Both the position numbers and the translations under genes were made by a program. The notes under the pieces were generated by a model. That model was not told the DNA's origin. It ran no database searches and was given only the letters and a program-made list of their open reading frames with translations. This document shows positions 43,695 to 56,400 of a stretch of 64,000 nucleotides of DNA, in pieces. Numbering within the stretch: position 1 is the stretch's first letter; every line of letters begins with the position of its first letter. The DNA is from Eledone cirrhosa (lineage: Eukaryota), in contig OZ024740.1 of the NCBI GenBank assembly GCA_964016885.1, positions 8,990,001-9,054,000 on the forward strand. The letters are read 5' to 3'.

Positions 43695-44801
43695 CATCAT
43701 CATCATCATCATCACCGTTTTACGTCCGTTCTTCCACGCTAGCATGGGTTAGACGGGTTGTCCTGTTGTGGGCAGTGTCTGGTCGGCTGACCATGCCTTG
43801 CTCATACAGGAACTGATCTGGCTTGATTTCTACAGCTGGATGCCCTTCCTAACACCAACCTCATTTACAGTGAGTGCTGGGTGCTTTTTCGTGGCGCCTA
43901 CACGTCCACTTTACAGTGTGGGCTGGGTGCTTTTTTGCCGTGGCACCTCCACGACCACCTTGCGGTGGGGGGGGGGCATATTGTTTATATGCTTCAGCAT
44001 GTACCCATGGGAGGTCGGGTACCCTGTATTACTGCGTGACGCCAGAAGTCACGGTCGTGTGTCATTGACTTTGAGAGGTGTAGTTGGGTAAGGTCGGCTT
44101 TTATCACCTCATCCCAAGTCATCTTGGGTCTCCCCACTCCGCGGTTTCCATCAACTTCTAGTGCTCTGCACCTTTTTATGCAGCTGTCATCCTTCATACG
44201 CATCACATGTCCATACCAGCGTAACCGCCTCTCCTGCACGCAGCATTTGATTCCTCTTATGCTCAGTCTCTCTCTCAATTCATTTATGCTTTGTCGTTCA
44301 CGTATATTACTGTTACACATCCATCGGAGCATGCAGGCTTCGTTTCTCTCTAATCTACGTAAGTCTTCCACCTTCAGCGCCCAGGTCTCACTACCATGCA
44401 ACATCGCTGTTCGGATACACGCATCATACAGTCTGCCTTTCATTCTGAGGGAGAAGCCTTTTGCAGCTAGCACTGGTAGTAGTTCCCTAAACTTCTTCCA
44501 TCCCGTTCTTACCCTAGTTATTGTACTTTCTGAGCACCCACCTCCGTTGCTAATTCGGTCACCTAGGTAGCAGAAGCTGTCTACTGTTTCTACAGGGCCC
44601 TCCCAGAGATTGGTGGTACTTGTTTCCTGTGGCTGTTTGCTTGTTGTTTCAGCACAGCTGCTGCATGTGTATCCTACATTCTTAATTAAGCTTCCTGAGA
44701 TCCCACTACATCTCTTGTGTACCCATTGTTTGCATTTGGGGCAAAGAATGGAGTTCCTACCTACACCTTTCCTACATACTGAGCAAGGCCATTTCCCTGA
44801 G
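43695..44801 (-). mobile_element. 5'-truncated RTE-clade LINE (1,107 bp): end of the RT ORF, 3' UTR and (ATG)n tail
   Basis: Tail reads (CAT)n on + at 43695-43712. TSD GGTAT at 43690-43694 and 44802-44806, with an empty paralogous site near 42921. The protein has RTE-type motifs FCYLG, HGSETW, RRLRWYGHVMRM and GRPKMTW. Confidence 0.95.
43994..44800 (-). pseudogene. Uninterrupted 268-aa C-terminal fragment of the RTE LINE RT polyprotein: PHD finger, RT YLG motif and thumb/C-terminal region (no start codon, 5'-truncated)
   Basis: Manual translation upstream of the listed 159-aa ORF has no stop: SGKWPCSVCRKGVGRNSILCPKCKQWVHKRCSGISGSLIKNVGYTCSSCAETTSKQPQETSTTNLWEGPVETVDSFCYLGDRISNGGGCSESTITRVRTGWKKFRELLPVLAAKG... 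The stop TGA is at 43994-43996. Confidence 0.9.
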
Positions 44802-47016
44802 GGTATATCAGTTTCTATTGCTATATCAGTTTCGAATGGTCTTTCAATCTCAATTGGTATGTCAGTTTCGATTGGTATATCAGTTTCGATTAGTATGTCA
44901 GTTTCTATTGGTATATCAGTTTCGTTTGGTATATCAGTTTCTATTGGTATGTCATTGGTATATTAGTTTCGATTGGTATGTCAGTTTCTATTGGTATATC
45001 AGCTTCGATTGGTATGTCAGTTTCGATTGGTATATCAGTTTCGATTGGAATATCAGTTTCGATTGGTATGTAAGTTTCTATTTGTATGTCAGTTTCGATT
45101 GGTATATCAGTTTCGATTGGTATATCAGTTTCTATTGCTATATCAGTTTCTATTGGTATATCAGTTTTGATTGGTATATCAGTTTCTATTGGTATATCAG
45201 TTGCGATTGGTATGTCAGTTTCGATTGTTATGTCAGTGTATATTGGTATATCAGTTTTGATTGGTATGTCAGTTTCTATTGGTATATCACTTTCGTTTGG
45301 TATGTCAGTTTCGATTAGTATATCAGTTTCTATTGGTATGTCAATTTCGATTGGTATGTCAGTTTCGATTGGTATATCAGTTTCGAATGGTATTTCAATC
45401 TCGATTGGTATGTCAGTTTCGATTGGTATATCAGTTTCGATTAGTATGTCAGTTTCTATTGGTATATCAGTTTCGTTTGGTATATCAGTTTGTATTGGTA
45501 TGTCATTGGTATATCAGTTTCGATTGGTATGTCAGTTTCTATTGGTATATCAGCTTCGATTGCTATGTCAGTTTCTATTGGTATATCAGTTGCGATTGGT
45601 ATGTGAGTTTCGATTATTATATCAGTTACTATTGGTATGTGAGTTTTGATTGGTATGTCAGTTTCGATTGTTATGTCAGTGTCTATTGGTATATCAGTTT
45701 CGATTGGTATGTCAGTTTCGATAGTATATCAGTTTCTATTGGTATGTCAGTTTCGATTGGTATATCAGTTTCGATTTGTATGTCAGTTTCTATTCGTATA
45801 TCAGTTTCGATTGGTATATCAGTTTCGATTGGTATGTCATTGGTATATCAGTTTCGATTGGTATGTCAGTTTCTATTGGTATATCAGTTTCTATTTGTAT
45901 GTCCGTTTCGATTGGTATGTCAGTTACTATAGGTATATCAGTTTCGATTGGTATGTCAGTTTCTATTGGTATATCAGTTTCAATTGGTATATCAGTTTCT
46001 ATTGTTATATCAGTTTCTATTAGTATATCAGTTTCTATTGATATGTCAGTCTCTATTGGTATATCAGTTTCGATTGGTATGTCAGTTTCGATTGGTACGT
46101 CAGTTTCGATTGGTATATCAGTTTCTATTGGTATATCAGTTTCGATTGCTATGTCAGTTTCGATTGCTATGTCAGTCTCTATTGGTTTATCAGTTTCGAT
46201 TGGTATATCAGTTTCTATTGGTATGTTAGTTTCTATTGGTATGTCAGTTTCGATTAGTATATCAGTTTCTATTGGTATATCAGTTTCGATTGGTATGTCA
46301 GTTTCGATTAGTATATCAGTTACTATTTGTATGTCAGTTTCGATTGGTATATCAGTTTCAATTGGTATGTCATTTTTGATTGGTATATCAGTTTCTATTG
46401 GTATATCAGTTTCGATTGGTATGTCAATTTCGATTGGTATGTCAGTTTCTATTGGTATGTCAGTTTCGATTGGTATGTCAGTTTCTATTGGTATATCAGT
46501 TTCTATTGGTATGTCAGTTGCTATTGTTATATCAGTTTCGATTGGTATATCAGTTTCGATTGTTATGTCAATTTCGATTGTTATGTCAGTTTCGATTGGT
46601 ATATCAGATTCGACTGATATATCACTTTCTATTGATATATCAGTTTCTATTGGTATGTCAGTTTCAATTGGTATGTCAGTTTCGATTGGTATATCAGTTT
46701 AGAGTGGTATTTCAATCTCGATTGGTATGTCAGTTTCGATTGGTATATCAGTTACAATTGGTATAACAGTTTCAATTGGTATGTCAGTTTCTATTGGTAT
46801 GTCAGTTTCGATTGGTATGTCAATTTCGATTGGTATATCAGTTTCTATTGCTATATCAGTTTCTATGGTATATCAGTTTCGATTGGTATGTCAGTTTCTA
46901 TTGTTATGTGAGTTTCGATTATTATATCAGTTACTATTGGTATGTCAGTTTCGATTGGTATGTCAGTCTCGATTGTTATGTCAGTGTCTATTGGTATATA
47001 AGTTTCGTTTGGTATG

Positions 47017-47404
47017 CCTCTCAAAGTCAATGACACACGACCGTGACTTCTGGCGTCACGCAGTAATACAGGGTACCCGACCTCCCATGGGTACATGCTG
47101 AAGCATATAAACAATATGCCCCCACTCCCCCCACCGCAAGGTGGTCGTGGAGGTGACACAGCAAAAAAGCACCCAGCCCACACTGTAAACAGGACGTGTA
47201 GGCGCCACGAGAAAGCACCCAGCACACACTGTAAATGAGGTTGGTGTTAGGAAGGGTATCCAGCTGTAGAAATCAAGCCAGATCAGTTCCTGTATGAGCA
47301 AGGCATGGCCAGCCGACCAGACACTGCCCACAACAGGACAACCCGTCTAACCCATGCTAGCGTGGAAGAACGGACGTAAAACAGTGATGATGGTGATGAT
47401 GATG
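47017..47404 (+). mobile_element. Short 5'-truncated copy of the same RTE LINE family (last 27 codons, 3' UTR and tail); independent insertion
   Basis: Reverse-complement match to 43695-44078 with about ten differences. Encodes LSKSMTHDRDFWRHAVIQGTRPPMGTC*. Flanked by ATG (47014-47016 and 47405-47407), which is either a 3-bp TSD or tail microhomology. Confidence 0.93.
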
Positions 47405-50400
47405 ATGTCAGTTTCGATTAGTATATCAGTTTCTATTGGTATGTCAATTTCGATTGGTATGTCAGTTTCGATTGGTATATCAGTTTCGAATGGTATTTCA
47501 ATCTCGATTGGTATGTCAGTTTCGATTGGTATATCAGTTTCGATTAGTATGTCAGTTTCTATTGGTATATCAGTTTCGTGTGGTATATCAGTTTCTATTG
47601 GTATTTCTTTGGTATATCAGTTTCGATTGGTATGTCATTTTCTATTGGTATATCAGCTTCGATTGGTATATCAGTTTCAATTGGAATATCAGTTTCGATT
47701 GGTATGTCACTTTCTATTGGTATGTCAGTTTCGATTGGTATATCAGTTTCGATTGGTATATCAGTTTCTATTGCTATGTCAGTTTCTATTAGTATATCAG
47801 TTTCGGTTGGTATATCAGTTTTGATTGGCATATCAGTTTCGATTAGTATGTCAGTTTCGATTGGTATGTCAGTTTTCGATTCGTATATCAGTTTCGATTT
47901 GTATATCAGTTTCGATTGCTATATCAGTTTTTATTGCTATATCAATTCCTATAGGTATGTCAGTTTCTATTGGTATATCAGTTTCGATTGGTATGTCAGT
48001 TTATATTGGTATATCAGTTTCGATTGGCATATCAGTTTCAATTAGTATGTCAGTTTCGATTGGTATATCAGTTTCGAATGGTATTTCAATCTCGATTGGT
48101 ATGTCAGTTTCGATTAGTATATCAGTTACAATTGGTATATCAGTTTCAATTGGTATGTTAGTTTCTATTGGTATGTCAGTTTCTATTAGTATATCAGCTT
48201 CTATTGGTATGTCAGTTTCGATTGTTATGTTAGTCCTCGATTTGTATGTCACTTTCTATTGGTATATCAGTTTCGATTGGTATGTCAGTTTCAATTAGTA
48301 TATCAGTTTCTATTGGTATGTCAGTTTCTATTGGTATATCAGTTTCGATTGGAATATCAGTTTCGATTGGTAAGTCAGTTTCTATTGGTATGTCAGTTTC
48401 GATTGGTATATCAGTTTCGATTGGTATATCAGTTTCTATTGCTATATCAGTTTCTATTGTTATATCAGTTTCGATTTGTATGTCAGTTTCTATTGGTATA
48501 TCAGTTGCGATTGGTATGTCAGTTTCTATTGGTATGTGAGTTTCGATTATTATATCAGTTACTATTGGTATGTCAGTGTCTATTGGTATATCAGTTTCGT
48601 TTGGTATGTCAGTTTCGATTAGTATATCAGTTTCTATTGGTATGTCAATTTCGATTGGTATGTCAGTTTCGATTGGTATATCAGTTTCGAATGGTATTTC
48701 AATCTCGATTGGTATGTCAGTTTCGATTGGTATATCAGTTTCGATTAGTATGTCAGTTTCTATTGGTATATCAGTTTCGATTGGAATATCAGTTTCGATT
48801 GGTATGTCAGTTTCTATTGGTATGTCAGTTTCGATTGGTATATCAGTTTCGATTGGTATATCAGTTTCTATTGCTATATCAGTTTCTATTAGTATATCAG
48901 TTTCGATTGGTATGTCAGTTTCTATTTGTATATCAGTTGCGATTGGTATGTCACTTTCGATTGGTATGTCAGTATCAATTGTTATGTCAGTGTCTATTGG
49001 TATATCAGTTTCGATTGGTATGTCAGTTTCTATTGGTATTTCAGTTTCGTTTGGTATGTCAGTTTCGATTAGTATATCAGTTTCTATTGTTAATTCAGTT
49101 TCTATTGGTATATCAGTTTCGATTGGTATATAAGTTTCTATTGGTATGTCAATTTCGATTGGTATGTCTGTTTCGATTGATATATCAGATTCGACTGGTA
49201 TATCACTTTCTATTGCTATATCAGTTTCTATTGGTATTTCAGTTTCTATTGGTATATCAGTTTTGATTGGTATGTCAGTTTCTATTGCTATGTCAGTTTC
49301 CATTATTATATCAGTTACTATTGGTATGTCAGTTTCGATTGGTATGTCAGTTTCGATTGTTATGTCAGTGTCTATTGGTATATCAGTTTCTATTGGTATG
49401 TCAGTTTCTATTGGTATATCAGTTTCGATTGGAATATCAGTTTCGATTGGTATGTCAGTTTCTATTGGTATGTCAGTTTCGATTGGTATATCAGTTTCTA
49501 TTGGTATATCAGTTTCGATTGCTATGTCAGTTTCGATTGCTATGTCAGTCTCTATTGGTTTATCAGTTTCGATTGGTATATCAGTTTCTATTGGTATGTT
49601 AGTTTCTATTGGTATGTCAGTTTCGATTCGTATATCAGTTTCAATTGGTATGTCATTTTTTATCGGTATATCAGTTTCTATTGGTATATCCGTTTCGATT
49701 GGTATGTCAATTTCGATTGGTATGTCAGTTTCAATTAGTATATCAGTTTCTATTGGTATGTCAGTTTATATTGGTATATCAGTTGCGATTGGCATATCAG
49801 TTTCAATTAGTATGTCAGTTTCGATTGGTATATCAGTTTCGAATGGTATTTCAATCTCGATTGGTATGTCAGTTTCGATTAGTATATCAGTTGCGATTGG
49901 AATATCAGTTTCGATTGGTAAGTCAGTTTCTATTGGTATGTCAGTTTCGATTGGTATATCAGTTTCGATTGGTATATCAGTTTCTATTGCTATATCAGTT
50001 TCTATTGGTATATCAGTTTCGATTGTTATGTCAGTTTCTATTGGTATATCAGTTGCGATTGGTATGTCAGTTTCTATTGGTATGTGAGTTTCGATTATTA
50101 TATCAGTTACTATTGGTATGTCAGTGTCTATTGGTATATCAGTTTCGATTGGTATGTCAGTTTCTATTAGGATATAAGTTTCGTTTGGTATGTCAGTTTC
50201 GATTAGTATATCAGTTTCTATTGGTATGTCAATTTCGATTGGTATGTCAGTATCAATTGTTATGTCAGTGTCTATTGGTATATCAGTTTCGATTGGTATG
50301 TCAGTTTCTATTGGTATTTCAGTTTCGTTTGGTATGTCAGTTTTGATTAGTATATCAGTTTCTATTGTTAAGTCAGTTTCTATTGGTATATCAGTTTCGA

Positions 50401-53400
50401 TTGGTATATCAGTTTCTATTGGTATGTCAATTTCGATTGGTATGTCAGTTTCGATTGGTATATCAGGTTCGATTAGTATGTCAGTTTCTATTGGTCTATC
50501 AGTTACGATTGGTATGTCAGTTTCTATTGGTATATCAGTTTCGATTGGTATATAAGTTTCTATTGGTATGTCAATTTCGATTGGTATGTCTGTTTTGATT
50601 GGTATATCAGATTCGACTGGTATATCACTTTCTATTGCTATATCAGTTTCTATTGGTATGTCAGTTTCAATTGGTATGTCAGTTTCTATTGGTATATCAG
50701 TTTTGATTGGTATGTCAGTTTCTATTGCTATGTGAGTTTCCATTATTATATCAGTTACTATTGGTATGTCAGTTTCGATTGGTATGTCAGTTTCGATTGT
50801 TATGTCAGTGTCTATTGGTATATCAGTTTCTATTGGTATGTCAGTTTCTATTGGTATATCAGTTTCGATTGGAATATCAGTTTCGATTGGTATGTCAGTT
50901 TCTATTGGTATGTCAGTTTCGATTGGTATATCAGTTTCTATTGGTATATCAGTTTCGATTGCTATGTCAGTTTCGATTGCTATGTCAGTCTCTATTGGTT
51001 TATCAGTTTCGATTGGTATATCAGTTTCTATTGGTATGTTAGTTTCTATTGGTATGTCAGTTTCGATTATATATCAGTTTCTATTGGTATATCAGTTTCG
51101 ATTGGTATGTCAGTTTCGATTAGTATATCAGTCACTATTTGTATGTCAGTTTCTATTGGTATATCAGTTTCGATTGGTATATCAGTTTCGATTGGTATAT
51201 CAGTTTCAATTGGTATGTCATTTTTGATTGGTATATCAGTTTCTATTGGTATATCAGTTTCGATTGGGATGTCAATTTCGATTGGTATGTCAGTTTCTAT
51301 TGGTATATCAGTTTTGATTGGCATATCAGTTTCGATTAGTATGTCAGTTTTCGATTCGTATATCAGCTTCGATTTGTATATCAGTTTCGATTGGTATATC
51401 AGTTTTTATTGCTATATCAATTCCTATAGGTATGTCAGTTTCTATTGGTATATCAGTTACGATTGGTATATCAGTTTCAATTGGTATGTTAGTTTCTATT
51501 GGTATGTCAGTTTCTATTAGTATATCAGCTTCTATTGGTATGTCAGTTTCGATTGGTATGTTAGTCCTCGATTTGTATGTCACTATCTATTGGTATATCA
51601 GTTTTGATTGGTATGTCAGTTTCAATTAGTATATCAGTTTCTATTGGTATGTCAGTTTCTATTGGTATATCAGTTTCGATTGGAATATCAGTTTCGATTG
51701 GTAAGTCAGTTTCTATTGGTATGTCAGTTTCGATTGGTATATCAGTTTCGATTGGTATATCAGTTTCTATTGCTATATCAGTTTCTATTGGTATATCAGT
51801 TTCGATTGGTATGTCAGTTTCTATTGGTATATCAGTTGCGATTGGTATGTCAGTTTCTATTGGTATGTGAGTTTCGATTATTATATCAGTTACTATTGGT
51901 ATGTCAGTGTCTATTGGTATATCAGTTTCGATTGGTATGTCAGTTTCTATTAGAATATTAATTTCGATTGGTATGTCAGTTTCGATTGGTATATCAGTTT
52001 CGAATGGTATTTCAATCTCGATTGGTATGTCAGTTTCGATTGGTATATCAGTTTCGATTAGTATGTCAGTTTCTATTGGTATATCAGTTTCGATTGGAAT
52101 ATCAGATTCGATTGGTATGTCAGTTTCTATTGGTATGTCATTTTCGATTGGTATATCAGTTTCGATTAGTATATCAGTTTCTATTGCTATATCAGTTTCT
52201 ATTAGTATATCAGTTTCGATTGGTATGTCACTTTCGATTGGTATGTCAGTATCAATTGTTATGTCAGTGTCTATTGGTATATCAGTTTCGATTGGTATGT
52301 CAGTTTCTATTGGAATTTCAGTTTCGTTTGGTATGTCAGTTTTGATTAGTATATCAGTTTCTATTGTTAAGTCAGTTTCTATTGGTATATCAGTTTCTAT
52401 TGGTATATCAGTTTCTATTGGTATGTCAATTTCGATTGGTATGTCAGTTTCGATTGGTATATCAGGTTCGATTAGTATGTCAGTTTCTATTGGTCTATCA
52501 GTTACGATTGGTATGTCAGTTTCTATTGGTATATCAGTTTCGATTGGTATTTCAATCTCGATTGGTATGTCAGTTTCGATTGGTATATCAGTTTCGATTA
52601 GTATGTCAGTTTCTATTGGTATATCAGTTTCGATTGGAATATCAGATTCGATTGGTATGTCAGTTTCTATTGGTATGTCATTTTCGATTGGTATATCAGT
52701 TTCGATTAGTATATCAGTTTCTATTGCTATATCAGTTTCTATTAGTATATCAGTTTCGATTGGTATGTCAGTTTCTATTGGTATATCAGTTGCGATTGGT
52801 ATGTCACTTTCGATTGGTATGTCAGTATCAATTGTTATGTCAGTGTCTATTGGTATATCAGTTTCGATTGGTATGTCAGTTTCTATTGGTATTTCAGTTT
52901 CGTTTGGTATGTGAGTTTCGATTAGTATATCAGTTTCTATTGTTAAGTCAGTTTCTATTGGTATATCAGTTTCGATTGGTATATCAGTTTCTATTGGTAT
53001 GTCAATTTCGATTGGTATGTCAGTTTCGATTGGTATGTTCATCCTCGAGTTGTATGTCAGTTTCTATTGGTATATCAGTTTCGATTGCTATGTCAGTTTC
53101 GATTGCTATGTCAGTCTCTATTGGTTTATCAGTTTCGATTGGTATATCAGTTTCTATTGGTATGTTAGTTTGTATTGGTATGTCAGTTTCGATTAGTATA
53201 TCAGTTTCTATTGGTATATCAGTTTCGATTGGTCTGTCAGTTTCGATTAGTATATCAGTTCCTATTTGTATGTGAGTTTCTAGTGGTATATCAGTTTCGA
53301 TTGGTATATCAGTTTCAATTGGTATGTCATTTTTGATTGGTATATCAGTTTCTATTGGTATATCAGTTTCGATTGGTATGTCTATTTCGATTGGTATGTC

Positions 53401-56400
53401 AGTTACTATTGGTATGTCAGTTTCGATTAGTATATCAGTTTCTATTGGTAAGTCAGTTTCGATTGCTATGTCAGTTTTGATTGCTATGTCAGTTTCGATT
53501 GGTATGTTAGTTTCTATTGGTATGTCAGTTTCTATTAGTATATCAGCTTCTATTGGTATGTCAGTTTCGATTGGTATGTTAGTCCTCGATTTGTATATCA
53601 CTTTCTATTTGTATATCAGTTTCGATTGGTATGTCAGTTTCAATTAGTATATCAGTTTCTATTGGTATGTCAGTTTCTATTGGTATATCAGTTTTGATTG
53701 GAATATCAGTTTCGATTGGTATGTCAGTTTCTATTGGTATGTCAGTTTCGATTGGTATATCAGTTTCGATTGGTATATCAGTTTCTATTGCTATATCAGT
53801 TTCTATTGGTATATCAGTTTCGATTGGTATGTCAGTTTCTATTGGTATATCAGTTGCGATTGGTATGTCAGTTTCGATTGTTATGTCAGTGTATATTGGT
53901 ATATCAGTTTTGATTGGTATGTCAGTTTCTATTGGTATATCAGTTTCGTTTCGTATGTCAGTTTCGATTAGTATATCAGTTTCTATTGGTATGTCAATTT
54001 CGATTGGTATGTCAGTTTCGATTGGTATATCAGTTTCAAATGGTATTTCAATCTCGATTGGTATGTCAGTTTCGATTGGTATATCAGTTTCGATTAGTAT
54101 ATCAGTTTCTATTGGTATATCAGTTTCGTTTGGTATATCAGTTTGTATTGGTATGTCATTGGTATATCAGTTTCGATTGGTCTGTCAGTTTCTATTGGTA
54201 TATCAGTTTCGTTCGGTATGTCAGTTTCGATTAGTATATCAGTTTCTATTGTTAAGTCAGTTTCTATTGGTATATCAGTTTCGATTGGTATATCAGTTTC
54301 TATTGGTATGTCAATTTCGATTGGTATGTCAGTTTCGATTGGTATATCAAGTTCGATTAGTATGTCAGTTTCTATTGGTCTATCAGTTACGATTGGTATG
54401 TCAGTTTCTATTGGTATATCAGTTTCGATTGGTATATAAGTTTCTATTGGTATGTCAATTTCGATTGGTATATCAGATTCTACTGGTATATCACTTTCTA
54501 TTGGTATGTCAGTTTCAATTGGTATGTCAGTTTCTATTGGTATATCAGTTTTGATTGGAATGTCAGTTTCTATTGCTATGTCAGTTTCCATTATTATATC
54601 AGTTACTATTGGTATGTCAGTTTCGATTGGTATGTCAGTTTCGATTGTTATGTCAGTGTCTATTGGTATATCAGTTTCTAATGGTATGTCAGTTTCTATT
54701 GGTATATCAGTTTCGATTGGAATATCAGTTTCGATTGGTATGTCAGTTTCTATTGGTATGTCAGTTTCGATTGGTATATCAGTTTCGATTGGTATATCAG
54801 TTTCTATTGCTATATCAGTTTCTATTGGTATATCAGTTGCGATTGGTATGTCAGTTTCTATTGGTATATCAGTTGCGATTGGTATGTCAGTTTCTATTGG
54901 TATGTGAGTTTCGATTATTATATCAGTTACTATTGGTATGTCAGTTTCGATTGGTATGTCAGTTTCGATTGTTATGTCAGTGTCTATTGGTATATCACTT
55001 TCGATTGGTATGTCAGTTTCTCTTGGTATATCAGTTTCTATTGGTATGTGAGTTTCGATTATTATATCAGTTGCGATTGGTATGTCAGTTTCGATTGGTA
55101 TGTCAGTTTCTATTGGTATGTCAGTGTCTATTGGTATATCAGTTTTGATTGGTATGTCAGTTTCTCTTGGTATATCAGTTTCTATTGGTATGTCAATTTC
55201 GATTGGTATGTCAGTTTCGATTGGTATATCAGTTTCGAATGGTCTTTCAATCTCGATTGGTATATCAGTTTCTATTGGTATGTGAGTTTCGATTATTATA
55301 TCAGTTTCGATTAGTATGTCAGTTTCTATTGGTATATCAGTTTCGTTTGGTATATCAGTTTCTATTGGTATGTCATTGGTATATCAGTTTCGATTGGTAT
55401 GTCAGTTTCTATTGGTATATCAGCTTCGATTGGTATGTCAGTTTCGATTGGTATATCAGTTACGATTGGAATATCAGTTTCGATTGGTATGTAAGTTTCT
55501 AGTGGTATGTCAGTTTCGATTGGTATATCAGTTTCGATTGGTATATAAGTTTCTATTGCTATATCAGTTTCTATTAGTATATCAGTTTCGATTGGTATGT
55601 CAGTTTCTATTGGTATATCAGTTGCGCTTGTTATGTCAATTTATATTGGTATGTGCGTTTCGATTATTATATCAGTTACTATTAGTATGTCACTTTCGAT
55701 TGGTATGTTAGTTTCTATTGGTATGTCAGTTTCTATTAGTATATCAGCTTCTATTTGTATGTCAGTTTCCATTGGTATGTTAGTCCTCGATTTGTATGTC
55801 ACTTTCTATTGGTATATCAGTTTCGATTGGTATGTCAGTTTCAATTAGTATATCAGTTTCTATTGGTATGTCAGTTTCTATTGGTATATCAGTTTCGATT
55901 GGAATATCAGTTTCGATTGCTATGTCAGTTTCTATTGGTATGTCAGTTTCGATTGGTATATCAGTTTCGATTGGTATATCAGTTTCTATTGCTATATCAG
56001 TTTCAAATGGTCTTTCAATCTCGATTGGTATGTCAGTTTCGATTGGTATATCAGTTTCGATTAGTATGTCAGTTTCTATTGGTATATCAGTTTCGTTTGG
56101 TATATCAGTTTCTATTGGTATGTCATTGGTATATCAGTTTCGATTGGTATGTCAGTTTCTATTGGTATATCAGCTTCGATTGGTATGTCAGTTTCGATTG
56201 GTATATCAGTTTCGATTGGAATATCAGTTTCGATTGGTATGTAAGTTTCTATTTGTATGTCAGTTTCGATTGGTATATCAGTTTCGATTGGTATATCAGT
56301 TTCTATTGCTATATCAGTTTCTATTAGTATATCAGTTTCGATTGGTATGTCAGTTTCTATTGGTATATCAGTTGCGCTTGGTATGTCAATTTCTATTGGT

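Noticed and set aside
43768-44966. Plus-strand ORFs (43768-44091, 44124-44570, 44610-44966) and their +15101 copies
   Set aside because: They are antisense shadows of the LINE ORF and UTR with no recognisable motifs.
43695-47404. DNA transposon or composite element with long terminal inverted repeats
   Set aside because: The inverted arms are LINE 3' ends, each with its own target junction. The interior is satellite with no transposase.
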